DNA of 64,000 nt, taken from Actinomycetes bacterium (GTDB lineage Bacteria; Actinomycetota; Actinomycetes; Nanopelagicales; Nanopelagicaceae). Position numbers and translations under genes: made by a program. The stretch lies in assembly GCA_014190155.1 (NCBI GenBank), contig BJFY01000004.1, positions 51,569 through 115,568 on the forward strand, read 5' to 3'. Below the pieces are notes generated by a model. The model saw only the letters and a program-made list of their open reading frames with translations, ran no database searches and was not told the DNA's origin. This document shows positions 29,228-39,960 of the stretch, piece by piece (position 1 is the first letter of the stretch; each line of letters begins with the position of its first letter).

Positions 29228-30122
29228 CAGTCATTTCAAAGAATGTTTCTTCAAGAGTTGGGAGAACTGCATTTAAAGATGAAAGCGTTATCCCCGCATC
29301 AAAAGCAAGTTCGTTAAATTCTGCAGCAAAAGAGCTATCTGAGATTACATGCACTGCTCCGTCAATAATGCTGGCGGTATGCCCAGAATCTATTGCAATT
29401 TTTAGCAACTTTTTTAAATCTGAAACTTTCTTCCCTTTTGCAACTATCACTGGCTGTTGTTGCGCCAATAGTTCGGCAGTCTTACCGTAAAAAATTACTT
29501 TACCTTCGCGAAGCATGACTAAGTACTCGCTAATCATTTCGATTTCACTCAGTAAATGTGACGAGACGAAAACTGTTGTGCCATCACTAGCAAGGTCTCT
29601 AATTAACTCGCGGACTTCTTGGATTCCTGCGGGATCTAAACCGTTAGTAGGTTCATCAAGGACCAATAATTTTGGATTAGGAAATAAAGCTGCTGCAATT
29701 CCAAGGCGTTGCTTCATGCCAAGGGAGTAGGTCTTAAATTTAGAGTTTCCGCGATCTCCTAGACCGACTTTCTCTAACAAAGGTTGTACCCGATCCTTCG
29801 AAAAGCCACCTAGAGATGCAAGTACATTTAAATTTTCTTTTCCGGAGAGCGCGGGATAGAAAGCTGGTCCTTCAATCATTGCACCAACTTTTGGCAAATA
29901 TTTTTCAGGATGAGTAATTGATTCACCCAATATTTCGCCAGTTCCACCGGTGGTTCGTACTAGACCTAACAACATTCGAATCGTTGTGGTTTTACCAGAT
30001 CCATTTGGGCCGACAAAGCCACAGATTGTTCCGTAAGGAACGTCGAAAGTTGCGTGCGATACCGCAACTCGAGCACCGTAATTTTTTGTTAGATCTTTAA
30101 CTGAAATCGCTAGTTCTGACAT
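29220..30122 (-). CDS. ABC transporter ATP-binding protein
   Basis: Walker A GPNGSGKTT, signature YSLGMKQRLG, Walker B LLVLDEP. Confidence 0.9.
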   Translation of the reverse strand: MSELAISVKDLTKNYGARVAVSHATFDVPYGTICGFVGPNGSGKTTTIRMLLGLVRTTGGTGEILGESITHPEKYLPKVGAMIEGPAFYPALSGKENLNVLASLGGFSKDRVQPLLEKVGLGDRGNSKFKTYSLGMKQRLGIAAALFPNPKLLVLDEPTNGLDPAGIQEVRELIRDLASDGTTVFVSSHLLSEIEMISEYLVMLREGKVIFYGKTAELLAQQQPVIVAKGKKVSDLKKLLKIAIDSGHTASIIDGAVHVISDSSFAAEFNELAFDAGITLSSLNAVLPTLEETFFEMTGE

Positions 30123-30131
30123 GACTACACC

Positions 30132-31004
30132 TTATATAACCAGCGCGCCAATTACCAACAGAACTGAGAATCCACTGAGATAAGTAATTGATCCATGAAA
30201 TATTGCGGCTGCTGCTTTATCGATTGTGGCCTTATCTCCTTTTAGTTTTGTCATCAGCCAGATAAATACAATTCCTAAAACCGCCGTTAAAAATAATATC
30301 CATTTTGGCAGACCTGCGGTTGTAACGACAAAATATGAAGTAATAACCATCGCAATCGTATGGAACCACATTTGTGCTGCCACATTTTTCATTGGAGCTA
30401 CGACTGGCAACATTGGTATGCCAGCCTTTGCATAATCATCTTTGTACTTTATGGCTAGCGCCCAAAAATGAGGTGGCGTCCAAAAGAATATTAATAAGAA
30501 AAACCAGATAGAAGTAGCAGATAGATCACCAGTTATCGCTGACCATCCAATTACCACTGGGAAGCAACCAGCAATTCCGCCCCAAACAATGTTCTGTGAG
30601 GTTCTACGCTTTAAGCCAATTGTGTAAATAAAAACATAAAAAGTTATGGCGGCAACAGTAAGCCCAGTTGCAAGCGGGGTCGTCCAGATCGCCATAATTG
30701 CTAGTGCGACGATTGTGATTCCGAATGCAAAGTAGAGCGCCTGCGTTTCTGTGATTTGTCCGCTTGCCATTGGTCGCTTAGCGGTTCTGCCCATTAATTT
30801 ATCTAAATCACTTTCGATTACTTGATTAAATGCATTAGCTGCACCAGCCGCCAAAGTGCCACCAATTAATGTTGCAATTGATACCACTAGAGGTGGCGCA
30901 CCTTGGGCCGCTAAAAATAGCGATGGCAGAGTTGTAACCAACAGCAGCTCTACTACGCGCAATTTCATTAGCGCGATATATGGAGCGATGTATGTTACCT
31001 TCAC
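30132..31004 (-). CDS. ctaB: Protoheme IX farnesyltransferase (heme O synthase)
   Basis: UbiA-family motif NQVIESDLDKLMGRTAKRP, multi-TM protein, GTG start. Confidence 0.9.
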   Translation of the reverse strand: MKVTYIAPYIALMKLRVVELLLVTTLPSLFLAAQGAPPLVVSIATLIGGTLAAGAANAFNQVIESDLDKLMGRTAKRPMASGQITETQALYFAFGITIVALAIMAIWTTPLATGLTVAAITFYVFIYTIGLKRRTSQNIVWGGIAGCFPVVIGWSAITGDLSATSIWFFLLIFFWTPPHFWALAIKYKDDYAKAGIPMLPVVAPMKNVAAQMWFHTIAMVITSYFVVTTAGLPKWILFLTAVLGIVFIWLMTKLKGDKATIDKAAAAIFHGSITYLSGFSVLLVIGALVI

Positions 31005-31012
31005 AATAGGTC

Positions 31013-31018
31013 AGCCTA
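31013..31018 (-). promoter_or_regulatory. Candidate -10 box TAGGCT, 8 nt upstream of the ctaB GTG
   Basis: The minus strand reads ggTAGGCTgacctattGTG. There is no SD in the 8-nt gap. Confidence 0.3.
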
Positions 31019-31085
31019 CCCACCTTGGAACTAAATATTCCAAGCGGTGCTTAAGAATGTGATTATAAAGATAGATAAATTTAGA

Positions 31086-31091
31086 TAAAGT
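31086..31091 (+). promoter_or_regulatory. Candidate -10 box TAAAGT, 6 nt upstream of ATG 31098 (leaderless layout)
   Basis: TAAAGTagcgcaATG. No purine-rich SD. Confidence 0.35.
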
Positions 31092-31097
31092 AGCGCA

Positions 31098-32189
31098 ATG
31101 TCCAAGCGAAGAATGTGCCACTTTTCTTTTTTATTGATTTCATCGCTTTTGGTTTCGAATGGCGCCTTCGCAGAAGACTCTTTAACTTCTGATTCTAAGA
31201 AATTAGTATTAATTAAAACCATAACGGGCTCGATTCAACCTAAATCGGTCTTAGCATCACCGAGTGGATTAGTCAGCGCACACAACATGATGTATAAACA
31301 TTCAGTTACTTTCTATGATTCAAATACTTTCGAATTGAAAGCCACTGTTTCGGACCGAGTAAACCTAACTGAACTAGGTTTTACTGGATATACCGGTACA
31401 TACCAAGGCGCACCTGTCGAAGGCGCATATTCACCCGATGGTAAATATTTATACGTTACCAATTATGCAATGTATGGCAAGAGTTTCAACCATGAAGGTC
31501 ATGATGTTTGTTCGCCTAGTTCTGGATATGACTCTAGTTTCGTGTATCGCATAAACCTTGAAACTTTCAAAATTGATGCTGCATATAAAGTTGGTACAGT
31601 CCCAAAAGTTGTAAAAGTTACTCCAGATAATAAATATATTCTGGTTTCGCATTGGTGCTCTTATGACCTTCAAGTAATTTCGGTCGCAACTCAAAAAGTT
31701 GTAAAGAAGATTAAAATTGGCGCCTACCCTCGCGGTATAACGGTTTCAAATGATTCCGCGTTTGCATATGTTGCTCAAATGGGTGGCGCAGTAATCCATC
31801 AGATTGATCTAAAAACTTTTGCAGATAAAACACTACCGATTGGGCCCAACCCTCGAGCTCTGGTTTTATCGCCAGATCAAAAAACTATATATGCAACTCT
31901 TAATGCTTCTGGCAAAGTTGTTGCGCTAGATCTAGCTTTAAATAAAGTTGTTAAAACCGTAATTACTGGCAAAGCAACTCGAAGTTTAGATATTTCGAGT
32001 GATGGAACTGCACTCTTTGTAGTAAATTTTAATAGCGCTACGCTTTCAAAAATTAGAACTAGTGATTTTAAAGTTTTACAAACTGTGAAAGTTTGCCCGG
32101 ATCCAATAGGTGTTACATACGAACCAATAAATAATCGAACCTGGGTTGCTTGTTACAAAGGCTCAATAAAGGTTTTTGATAATAAATAG
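31098..32189 (+). CDS. Secreted YVTN/YncE-like beta-propeller repeat protein
   Basis: Signal peptide MCHFSFLLISSLLVSNGAFA. Recurring blades: YSPDGKYLYVTNY, VTPDNKYILVSHW, LSPDQKTIYATLN, ISSDGTALFVVNF. Confidence 0.7.
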   Translation: MSKRRMCHFSFLLISSLLVSNGAFAEDSLTSDSKKLVLIKTITGSIQPKSVLASPSGLVSAHNMMYKHSVTFYDSNTFELKATVSDRVNLTELGFTGYTGTYQGAPVEGAYSPDGKYLYVTNYAMYGKSFNHEGHDVCSPSSGYDSSFVYRINLETFKIDAAYKVGTVPKVVKVTPDNKYILVSHWCSYDLQVISVATQKVVKKIKIGAYPRGITVSNDSAFAYVAQMGGAVIHQIDLKTFADKTLPIGPNPRALVLSPDQKTIYATLNASGKVVALDLALNKVVKTVITGKATRSLDISSDGTALFVVNFNSATLSKIRTSDFKVLQTVKVCPDPIGVTYEPINNRTWVACYKGSIKVFDNK

Positions 32190-32191
32190 CA

Positions 32192-33340
32192 TTAAGGTGT
32201 TGCGGGTCGTGCAATAGTTCCCAACATTGCATCAATGGTTTCGCGTGCGCGGTTTCTTGCAACCCATTTAGGTTCCAATTTATCCGCAATTACTGCAAAT
32301 ATATACTCTTCACTTCCTACAGTGACATAGCCAGCCAAACTTACCGTGGTATTAATAAAACCAGTCTTTGCGTGCACTAAGCCAACTGCGTGAGGAGCGG
32401 TAGTAATAAACCGATTCTTTAACGTGCCAGTTTTCCCAGAAACTGGCAACCCTTCATAAATTGGCGCAAAGAGTGGGTCTTTGCGAATCTGAATTAATAC
32501 TTCGGCAATAGTTCTGACTGAAACTTTATTGTCACGCGATAAGCCGCTCCCATCAATTGCGTTCAAACCAATCACATTAATTCCATATTCACTAAGTGCG
32601 GCAACAAATGTGTTTTGTAGCGCCACCTGATCCGAAGCTCCATACTTAACCCGGGCTGCTGCCCGCGCTAAGCGATCAGCTAATTGGTTATCACTCCATA
32701 AAATCGAAAAAGTTACCATTTGTGAAACCGGAACAGATTGTAATGCTCCAATTTCTTCGGTAGCTCGAGCGGCCGCGGCAGCAGGAGTTAACTCACGAAA
32801 CTTCACCTTAATATCTCTAACTTTCAAATATTTAGCGAGGTTTTCTAAATCTTTAGTAAAAACTCCAGTATGTTCAATTGTGATTGACTTTGCCTTAGAT
32901 TTATTAGCTTTACTAATTAGGCTAGGTAGGTACCGCTGTTCATTTGCTTTTGCTAATTTTATATCTGAAGTCAACCATGGATCCATATCGCCATCTAACA
33001 CATAAGTATTTGTTACAGCAGTTTTGGAAATCTTAGTTTTGAATCTGAAATCTGAACCTACATATTTTAATGTAGAAAAAGATGAAATCAATTTGAAAAC
33101 AGAAGCTGGAGCGCGCGGTATTGTGGAGGCTTCGTCATATAAAGTCGTATTTGTGATCGGATCAATGAGTATCAATCCGGGGCCGGCCAACTTTGTAGAT
33201 TTTGCGTAATACATAAATTTCAATGGAAGCGTTGTACTCTCTGATAGCACCGTGGTTTCAACAGCAGTTGCGGAAGTGCTGATTAGCATCAAGAAGGTGA
33301 AGTAGATAGCTGCCCAAGATTTACTTTTCTGCCAACTCAT
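32192..33340 (-). CDS. D-alanyl-D-alanine carboxypeptidase/endopeptidase (PBP4/DacB family)
   Basis: Signal peptide. SxxK motif ASVFKL. KTG motifs (GKTGTL, AKTGFI). Confidence 0.8.
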   Translation of the reverse strand: MSWQKSKSWAAIYFTFLMLISTSATAVETTVLSESTTLPLKFMYYAKSTKLAGPGLILIDPITNTTLYDEASTIPRAPASVFKLISSFSTLKYVGSDFRFKTKISKTAVTNTYVLDGDMDPWLTSDIKLAKANEQRYLPSLISKANKSKAKSITIEHTGVFTKDLENLAKYLKVRDIKVKFRELTPAAAAARATEEIGALQSVPVSQMVTFSILWSDNQLADRLARAAARVKYGASDQVALQNTFVAALSEYGINVIGLNAIDGSGLSRDNKVSVRTIAEVLIQIRKDPLFAPIYEGLPVSGKTGTLKNRFITTAPHAVGLVHAKTGFINTTVSLAGYVTVGSEEYIFAVIADKLEPKWVARNRARETIDAMLGTIARPATP

Positions 33341-33365
33341 TTTTCGCCTCCGTGATGAATATCAG

Positions 33366-33372
33366 TAGAGTA
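33366..33372. promoter_or_regulatory. Overlapping face-to-face -10 candidates in a 39-nt divergent spacer
   Basis: Plus strand: TAGAGT (33366..33371) lies 8 nt upstream of ATG 33380. Minus strand: TACTCT (33372..33367) lies upstream of GGAGG (33351..33347) and the dacB-like ATG at 33340. Confidence 0.3.
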
Positions 33373-33379
33373 TTGAACT

Positions 33380-34036
33380 ATGAGCAATCCCCCAGTTATT
33401 GGACCAGGTGAGTTCTACCCGGTTGTTGGTGTTGGCCCGCATGAATTGCCTTGGCCTACTGATAATCACTTCGATCCCGAACTTCTAGAAAACGGCGACC
33501 GAAGAAATGTTCTAGATAAATATCGTTACTGGAAAGTGGCGTCAATCGTAGCTGATTTGGATAAAAAACGAAATCCGCTGCGAATTGCGATTGAGAATTG
33601 GCAGCACGATTTGAATATTGGTTCAGTCGTTAGAACGGCTAATGCTTTTAACGTTTCAAGTGTTCACATTGTTGGTAAGCGCGATTGGAATCGTCGTGGT
33701 GCGATGGTTACTGATAAATATCTAACCGTCATTCATCACCCAACAATTGCGGATTTTAAAAAATGGAGTGATGAAAACAATTGTCCAATAATTGGAATAG
33801 ATAATGTTTCAGTTTCAAAACAACTCGAAAGTGCAAAACTACCAAAAAATTGCATTTTATTTTTTGGTCAAGAAGGTGCTGGTATGTCCGATGAAGCAAT
33901 CGCGGTATGTACAGAAATATTAGCAATCCAACAATATGGATCTACTAGATCCATGAACGCTTCGGCTGCTGGTGCAATTGCGATGTATGCCTGGGGAAGG
34001 CAACACCTGCCAACTGGAGAACTTCCTAATGCGTAA
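33380..34036 (+). CDS. TrmH/SpoU-family RNA 2'-O-methyltransferase
   Basis: SpoU motifs NIGSVVRTANAF, LFFGQEGAGMS, IQQYGSTRSMNASAAGAIAMY. Confidence 0.75.
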   Translation: MSNPPVIGPGEFYPVVGVGPHELPWPTDNHFDPELLENGDRRNVLDKYRYWKVASIVADLDKKRNPLRIAIENWQHDLNIGSVVRTANAFNVSSVHIVGKRDWNRRGAMVTDKYLTVIHHPTIADFKKWSDENNCPIIGIDNVSVSKQLESAKLPKNCILFFGQEGAGMSDEAIAVCTEILAIQQYGSTRSMNASAAGAIAMYAWGRQHLPTGELPNA

Positions 34037-35225
34037 ATCTTGGTTATCTAGAAACTTAATTCTTCTTACGCTCGTTTCGTTAACCCAAGATGCTGCAAGT
34101 GAATTGTTATACCCGCTATTACCTATTTTATTAACAACAGTCTTGGGTGCTGCGCCAATTGCACTTGGGTTAATTGAAGGTGCCGCGGAAGCAGCAGCTG
34201 GATTTGCCAAACTCTGGAGTGGTAAATACAGCGATCGAGTCGGTCGAAAACCATTTGTTGCGGTTGGTTATTCGTTAGCAGGAGTCGGTAAAGCGTTAGT
34301 AGTTTTCGCATCTACTTGGGGGCAAGTACTTTTCGGCCGAATTACAGATCGAATTGGCAAAGGAATTCGCTCGGCACCGCGCGATGCGCTAATTACAGAT
34401 AGCGTCGCAAAAGAGCACCTTGGTAAAGCTTTTGGGTTTCATCGCATGGGCGACAATTTAGGCGCAGTAATTGGCCCACTTTTTGCACTTTGGGGATTAA
34501 TTATTTTCAATGATGATGTAAAAAAAGTAGCAGTTTTTGCCATTATCCCAGCGATACTTTCAGCGGCTCTAGCGTTCTTAGTAAAAGAAAGCTACTTTCC
34601 AAAACGGGAACCTGTTGTGAAAAAATTAAGGGCCTCTAAAGTTTTACTTAGCGCCCCACTTAAACGGACAATTGCGCTACTCGTTTTCATTCAATTAATG
34701 AATATTCCAGATATTTTAATTTTGCTTCGGTTAAGCGATATTGGTTTCTCCACTAGAAGCGTTGTGCTCCTCTACATTTTTTATAATTTAGTAGCAACGC
34801 TAGCTTCGATACCTGCTGGTGTAATCGCAGATCGAATCAAACCGCAATATGCATATGCGATCGGGTTATCTGCTTTTGCAGCCACATACTTACTACTTGG
34901 CACTTCCACTAACCATACAATCGCAATCATTGCACTTGGAATATATGGATTATTTCCTGCCTTCACGGATGGTGTTGGAAAATCTTGGATAGGAAAACTT
35001 TCCTCTAAAACTGTTCGCGGCCGTTCTCAAGGTATTTATCAGGCTTCAATGAACTTTGCAGTTTTAGGAGCTGGTATTTGGGGTGGCGCACTTTGGCGCA
35101 AGAACGATTTTGAATTACCTTTAGTTTTAGCAGGGACTGGCGCAATTATTGGAGTTTTACTTCTTCTATTTTTTTATTCAGCGATTACTTCTTCGACTGA
35201 TGAAAGTCGTCGTTCGATTTCTTGA
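34029..35225 (+). CDS. MFS transporter
   Basis: About 12 hydrophobic segments. MFS motif A GKYSDRVGRKP. ATG 34029 (MRKSWLS...) overlaps the trmH-like stop by 8 nt. The track ORF starts at 33972. Confidence 0.8.
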   Translation: MRKSWLSRNLILLTLVSLTQDAASELLYPLLPILLTTVLGAAPIALGLIEGAAEAAAGFAKLWSGKYSDRVGRKPFVAVGYSLAGVGKALVVFASTWGQVLFGRITDRIGKGIRSAPRDALITDSVAKEHLGKAFGFHRMGDNLGAVIGPLFALWGLIIFNDDVKKVAVFAIIPAILSAALAFLVKESYFPKREPVVKKLRASKVLLSAPLKRTIALLVFIQLMNIPDILILLRLSDIGFSTRSVVLLYIFYNLVATLASIPAGVIADRIKPQYAYAIGLSAFAATYLLLGTSTNHTIAIIALGIYGLFPAFTDGVGKSWIGKLSSKTVRGRSQGIYQASMNFAVLGAGIWGGALWRKNDFELPLVLAGTGAIIGVLLLLFFYSAITSSTDESRRSIS

Positions 35226-36106
35226 GCCTCATCATCTCGTTTTAACGTCCGTAAAATCGTCGAAATTCTCCGCTCAATTTGCACTATAAATTCAAAATCT
35301 TTTGGTTCTGAATCTGCCACTACGTCAAGGACTTTTTCTAATGATGCTAAGCCCTCTTCAGTTTCACCATTGAGTACCTGCGCTTTACCAAATTCAAATA
35401 GAGCGAAAGTTTCGCGACGATGGTCGTGGGCTGTGGCAAAGACATCGATCGCTTTTTGAGCTGAAGCGAGCGCACCTAACGCATCATCTAACTCAATTAA
35501 GCAATGTGCGATTTTTTGATCGCATCGGGCCACATGAATTACCTCTTTTGTGTTCTTAAATAATATGCGCGCCTCTTTAAATGCAGTTAGCGCTTTATCG
35601 AATTCTTTCAATTCTCGATAGCTACATCCAATTAAATGGAAATCATTGGCTGCGCCAAGTTCATTGCTATCTACTAAATGTTCTTGTACACATTCACTCA
35701 TACATTCGATCGCTTTTTGATATTCCTTTGAAGCAAACCACCACTCACCAAGTGTGCAAGCTAATTCGAGAGCGACCGTAGATTTATTTTCGCGCAACAA
35801 TTCAACGGCTTTGCTCATCGCACCAGCCGCTTCATCTATTCGCTGTAATTGATTTAAGTTATAACCAATCGCAGAGTAAGCCTGCGCCAGTCCTTCTTTA
35901 GGAATGTTCGCACCAAGTTCGGCATATATATCTCTGGCAGTCTCGGCGAGCGCTAACGCTTCGTCGTATTGGCCGCGTGCATAAATTCTTGCGCTTAGTT
36001 CGTAATAAGTATTTGCTCGCTCTTCGCCTTCAGTTTCTGGAATTCTTTCCCACAACATTTCTTCCGTAACGATGTCATCGATATTTGAATCATCATCGTT
36101 ACTCAA
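35174..36106 (-). CDS. Cytoplasmic TPR-repeat protein
   Basis: Repeated A-x-x-Y/F...A-L helix pairs throughout. The track ORF runs into the tRNA gene. TTG 36106 is preceded by GGAGAGGAG with a 6-nt spacer and is the likely start. Confidence 0.6.
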   Translation of the reverse strand: MSNDDDSNIDDIVTEEMLWERIPETEGEERANTYYELSARIYARGQYDEALALAETARDIYAELGANIPKEGLAQAYSAIGYNLNQLQRIDEAAGAMSKAVELLRENKSTVALELACTLGEWWFASKEYQKAIECMSECVQEHLVDSNELGAANDFHLIGCSYRELKEFDKALTAFKEARILFKNTKEVIHVARCDQKIAHCLIELDDALGALASAQKAIDVFATAHDHRRETFALFEFGKAQVLNGETEEGLASLEKVLDVVADSEPKDFEFIVQIERRISTILRTLKRDDEAQEIERRLSSVEEVIAE

Positions 36107-36157
36107 TGCGGGCTCCTCTCCAGAAAACCGTTGGATGAAACCTATAACCATTTTGCC

Positions 36158-36233
36158 TGGTGCGCTCGAAGGGACTCGAACCCCCAACCCTCGGTTCCGA
36201 AGACCGATGCTCTATCCGTTGAGCTACGAACGC
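36158..36233 (-). tRNA. tRNA-Arg (anticodon TCG), CCA encoded
   Basis: Reverse strand: GCGTTCG TA GCTC AACGGATA GAGC A TCGGT CTTCGGA ACCGA GGGTT GGGGG TTCGAGT CCCTT CGAGCGC A CCA. Cloverleaf of 76 nt, with 7-bp acceptor stem and 5-bp anticodon stem. Confidence 0.9.
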
Positions 36234-36273
36234 ATTTTCACCTACAGAACCAACATTACCTTGGTGATTATAT

Positions 36274-37724
<1,451 letters not shown>

Positions 37725-37754
37725 CACCGAGAGCATTCGCTCTCATAAGCGTAG

Positions 37755-38396
37755 TTACCGGTGGATATCTAGCCTAGGTTTCTCGATTACGAACATGCAA
37801 GCCCAGTAGACAGCAAAGGCTACAAAGATCCCACCATATATATCTATGACGAAATGTTGACCAAGAAAAACTGTCGCCGGAATGATCAGCGCAAACCACG
37901 CCATCAAATACCACACAGTTCTTGTCGCTCTATAACGTAATCGCCAAAGTGCAATCATTGAAATTACCGACCAAGTTACGTGGTTAGAAGGGAAACCATT
38001 AAGAGGTTGATCATTCCCATATATAACGTGAACTAATACCCAGTTAAAGAAACCTTGGTCACTGACGTTTGCGCGTGGAACTTCGGTTTGAAATAACCAA
38101 TATGCGATATCTAACATTGCCTGTCCAAAAATTATTGCAAAGCCGTTAACAAGGAATGCTTTATAACTTCCAAACTTCAAACTTAGATATGGAACTACAA
38201 AAGCTGCTAGTAAGTGAAATGACAAATAAGGAATTACAAAGATCGAAACAATTGGAATTTTTTCATCTAACCACCCACGCATCACTAACGGTGGATACGT
38301 TGGATCGATTTTATTAAATACCTCGTAAGATAAAAAAGCTAAAACAATTCCCAAATAAATTCCTAATACGCCTATTTTGCTATATTGCTGCTTCAT
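37755..38396 (-). CDS. PAP2-superfamily membrane phosphatase/transferase-like protein
   Basis: Six hydrophobic segments. PAP2-like motifs FPSNHVTW and GQHFVIDIYGG. Confidence 0.55.
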   Translation of the reverse strand: MKQQYSKIGVLGIYLGIVLAFLSYEVFNKIDPTYPPLVMRGWLDEKIPIVSIFVIPYLSFHLLAAFVVPYLSLKFGSYKAFLVNGFAIIFGQAMLDIAYWLFQTEVPRANVSDQGFFNWVLVHVIYGNDQPLNGFPSNHVTWSVISMIALWRLRYRATRTVWYLMAWFALIIPATVFLGQHFVIDIYGGIFVAFAVYWACMFVIEKPRLDIHR

Positions 38397-38402
38397 TCCT
38401 TG

Positions 38403-38408
38403 AATTTA
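38403..38408 (-). promoter_or_regulatory. Candidate -10 box TAAATT, 6 nt upstream of the PAP2-gene ATG
   Basis: The minus strand reads TAAATTcaaggaATG. The AAGGA abuts the ATG with zero spacing and so is unlikely to act as an SD. Confidence 0.25.
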
Positions 38409-38550
38409 ATTACTTTTTTATCAAAAGTCTATGAAAATCACGCATAAATTATGAGTTGATTAAAAAATTAACTCTGGTAAAGTACGCATGCAACACAAAC
38501 TTTCGCTAGGAGCGTGCACTTCAAACATCGGTTCTTCATGAACCCTTTGA

Positions 38551-39960
38551 TTGTACAAATTTGCAATGAAAACCCAATCGCATCATCCTCAAACTTTCCG
38601 TTCAGTTCCGGCACATTCAAAACCTTTTGATACTTCACGCCTGCAAAAGATTTTGCAAGAGCAGTTGGATTTATATAAGAACTCAACGCTTGGATCTGAT
38701 CTGGAGCATCAACTAGCTACCCAGACTATTCCGCTAGGCGCTCATTCAACTTTTCAGTCATTTGAGCCATATCCAGTCTCAATAGTTTCAGCTAAAGGCG
38801 CCTGGATGACTGATGTCGACGGCCGCAAAATGCTTGACCTATCAATGGGGTTCGGCGCCATGCTTGCAGGGCATTTGAATCCCGATGTAGTTTCTGAGCT
38901 CCGAGATGCTCTAGATGTTGGCACGCTTTTCACTACACCTTCGCCGCTCTCCCGAGATGCTGCTGAACGAATCTGTCGCCGTTTCGGAATTGATCAAGTT
39001 CGATTCACTAACTCAGGAACTGAATCAACTATGTACGCAGTAAGAACTGCACGGGCATATTCGGGTAAAGAAGGTGTGGTTAAAGTTGAAGGTGGTTACC
39101 ACGGTAGCCACGACTCAGTCTTATTTTCAAATAAACCTGCATTAGATAAAGCTGGACCTGCCGATGCTCCAACTCCGGTAATCCCAAATGCAAGTGTTGC
39201 TGGCGAAGTTTATGTAGTTCCGTTTAATGATGCTGATGCTCTTGAAAATTTATTTGAAAAACATTCTAAAACTATTGCTTGCTTTATTGTCGAACCAGTC
39301 TTGGAAAATATCGGGATCGTGCTTCCAGATGAAGGCTACCTAGAAGCAGTACGCGTACTTTGCGATAAATATAAAGTGGTGTTGATATTTGATGAAGTAA
39401 AAACTGGACTAACTGCTGGACCGCAAGGTGCGGCGCAACGACTTGGTGTAATTCCAGATTTAATTTGTCTTGCTAAATCTATCGGCGGCGGAATTCCGTT
39501 AGCTGCCTTTGGTGGCAAAGCAGAATTTATGTTGCCGGTTAGTGATGGCCGAATGCCGCATTTAGGAACATTTAACGGTCACGCTCTTGCAATGGCCGCA
39601 GTTCGCGCTGTAGATAAAATTTGTACCGTTGCAGCCCTTGATAAAGCTGAATCTCTAAATAAAGATGCGTTGATTCGAATCCGTGAAGTTATCGACGAAT
39701 ACGAATTACCAGCCCATACCGTTGGTTTTGGGGTCAAAGGTTGCATAACTTGGGCTGATACACCGGTTCGCAACTACCGTGATTACAAAGCTACAAACTT
39801 CCAAATTGCAGAACTATCGTTCTTATGGTCGCTCAATCATGGCGTAATCACGCCGCCAGGATTAGATGAGCAATGGTTAATTAGTTTGGCGCATGGTCAA
39901 GCCGAAATTGACTTTATGGTTAATGACTTTAAGGAATTTGCAAAAACAATTCGTGGCTAA
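38551..39960 (+). CDS. Class-III (PLP) aminotransferase, glutamate-1-semialdehyde aminomutase-like
   Basis: GFGAMLAGH, FTNSGTEST, DEVKTG and PLP-Lys context LAKSIGGGIPLAAFG. Start is either TTG 38551 or ATG 38566. Confidence 0.8.
   Translation: MYKFAMKTQSHHPQTFRSVPAHSKPFDTSRLQKILQEQLDLYKNSTLGSDLEHQLATQTIPLGAHSTFQSFEPYPVSIVSAKGAWMTDVDGRKMLDLSMGFGAMLAGHLNPDVVSELRDALDVGTLFTTPSPLSRDAAERICRRFGIDQVRFTNSGTESTMYAVRTARAYSGKEGVVKVEGGYHGSHDSVLFSNKPALDKAGPADAPTPVIPNASVAGEVYVVPFNDADALENLFEKHSKTIACFIVEPVLENIGIVLPDEGYLEAVRVLCDKYKVVLIFDEVKTGLTAGPQGAAQRLGVIPDLICLAKSIGGGIPLAAFGGKAEFMLPVSDGRMPHLGTFNGHALAMAAVRAVDKICTVAALDKAESLNKDALIRIREVIDEYELPAHTVGFGVKGCITWADTPVRNYRDYKATNFQIAELSFLWSLNHGVITPPGLDEQWLISLAHGQAEIDFMVNDFKEFAKTIRG

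Noticed and set aside
36107-36273. tRNA-Arg as a possible integration site for a genomic island.
   Set aside because: There is no integrase, no repeat of the tRNA 3' end that I could spot nearby, and the flanking genes (guaB1-type, TPR, MFS, trmH-like) look chromosomal.
38468-38686. 72-aa minus-strand ORF in and upstream of the first aminotransferase gene.
   Set aside because: It overlaps the conserved N-terminal region of the aminotransferase and has no SD or motif. The AT-rich spacer at 38397..38550 more likely holds promoters.
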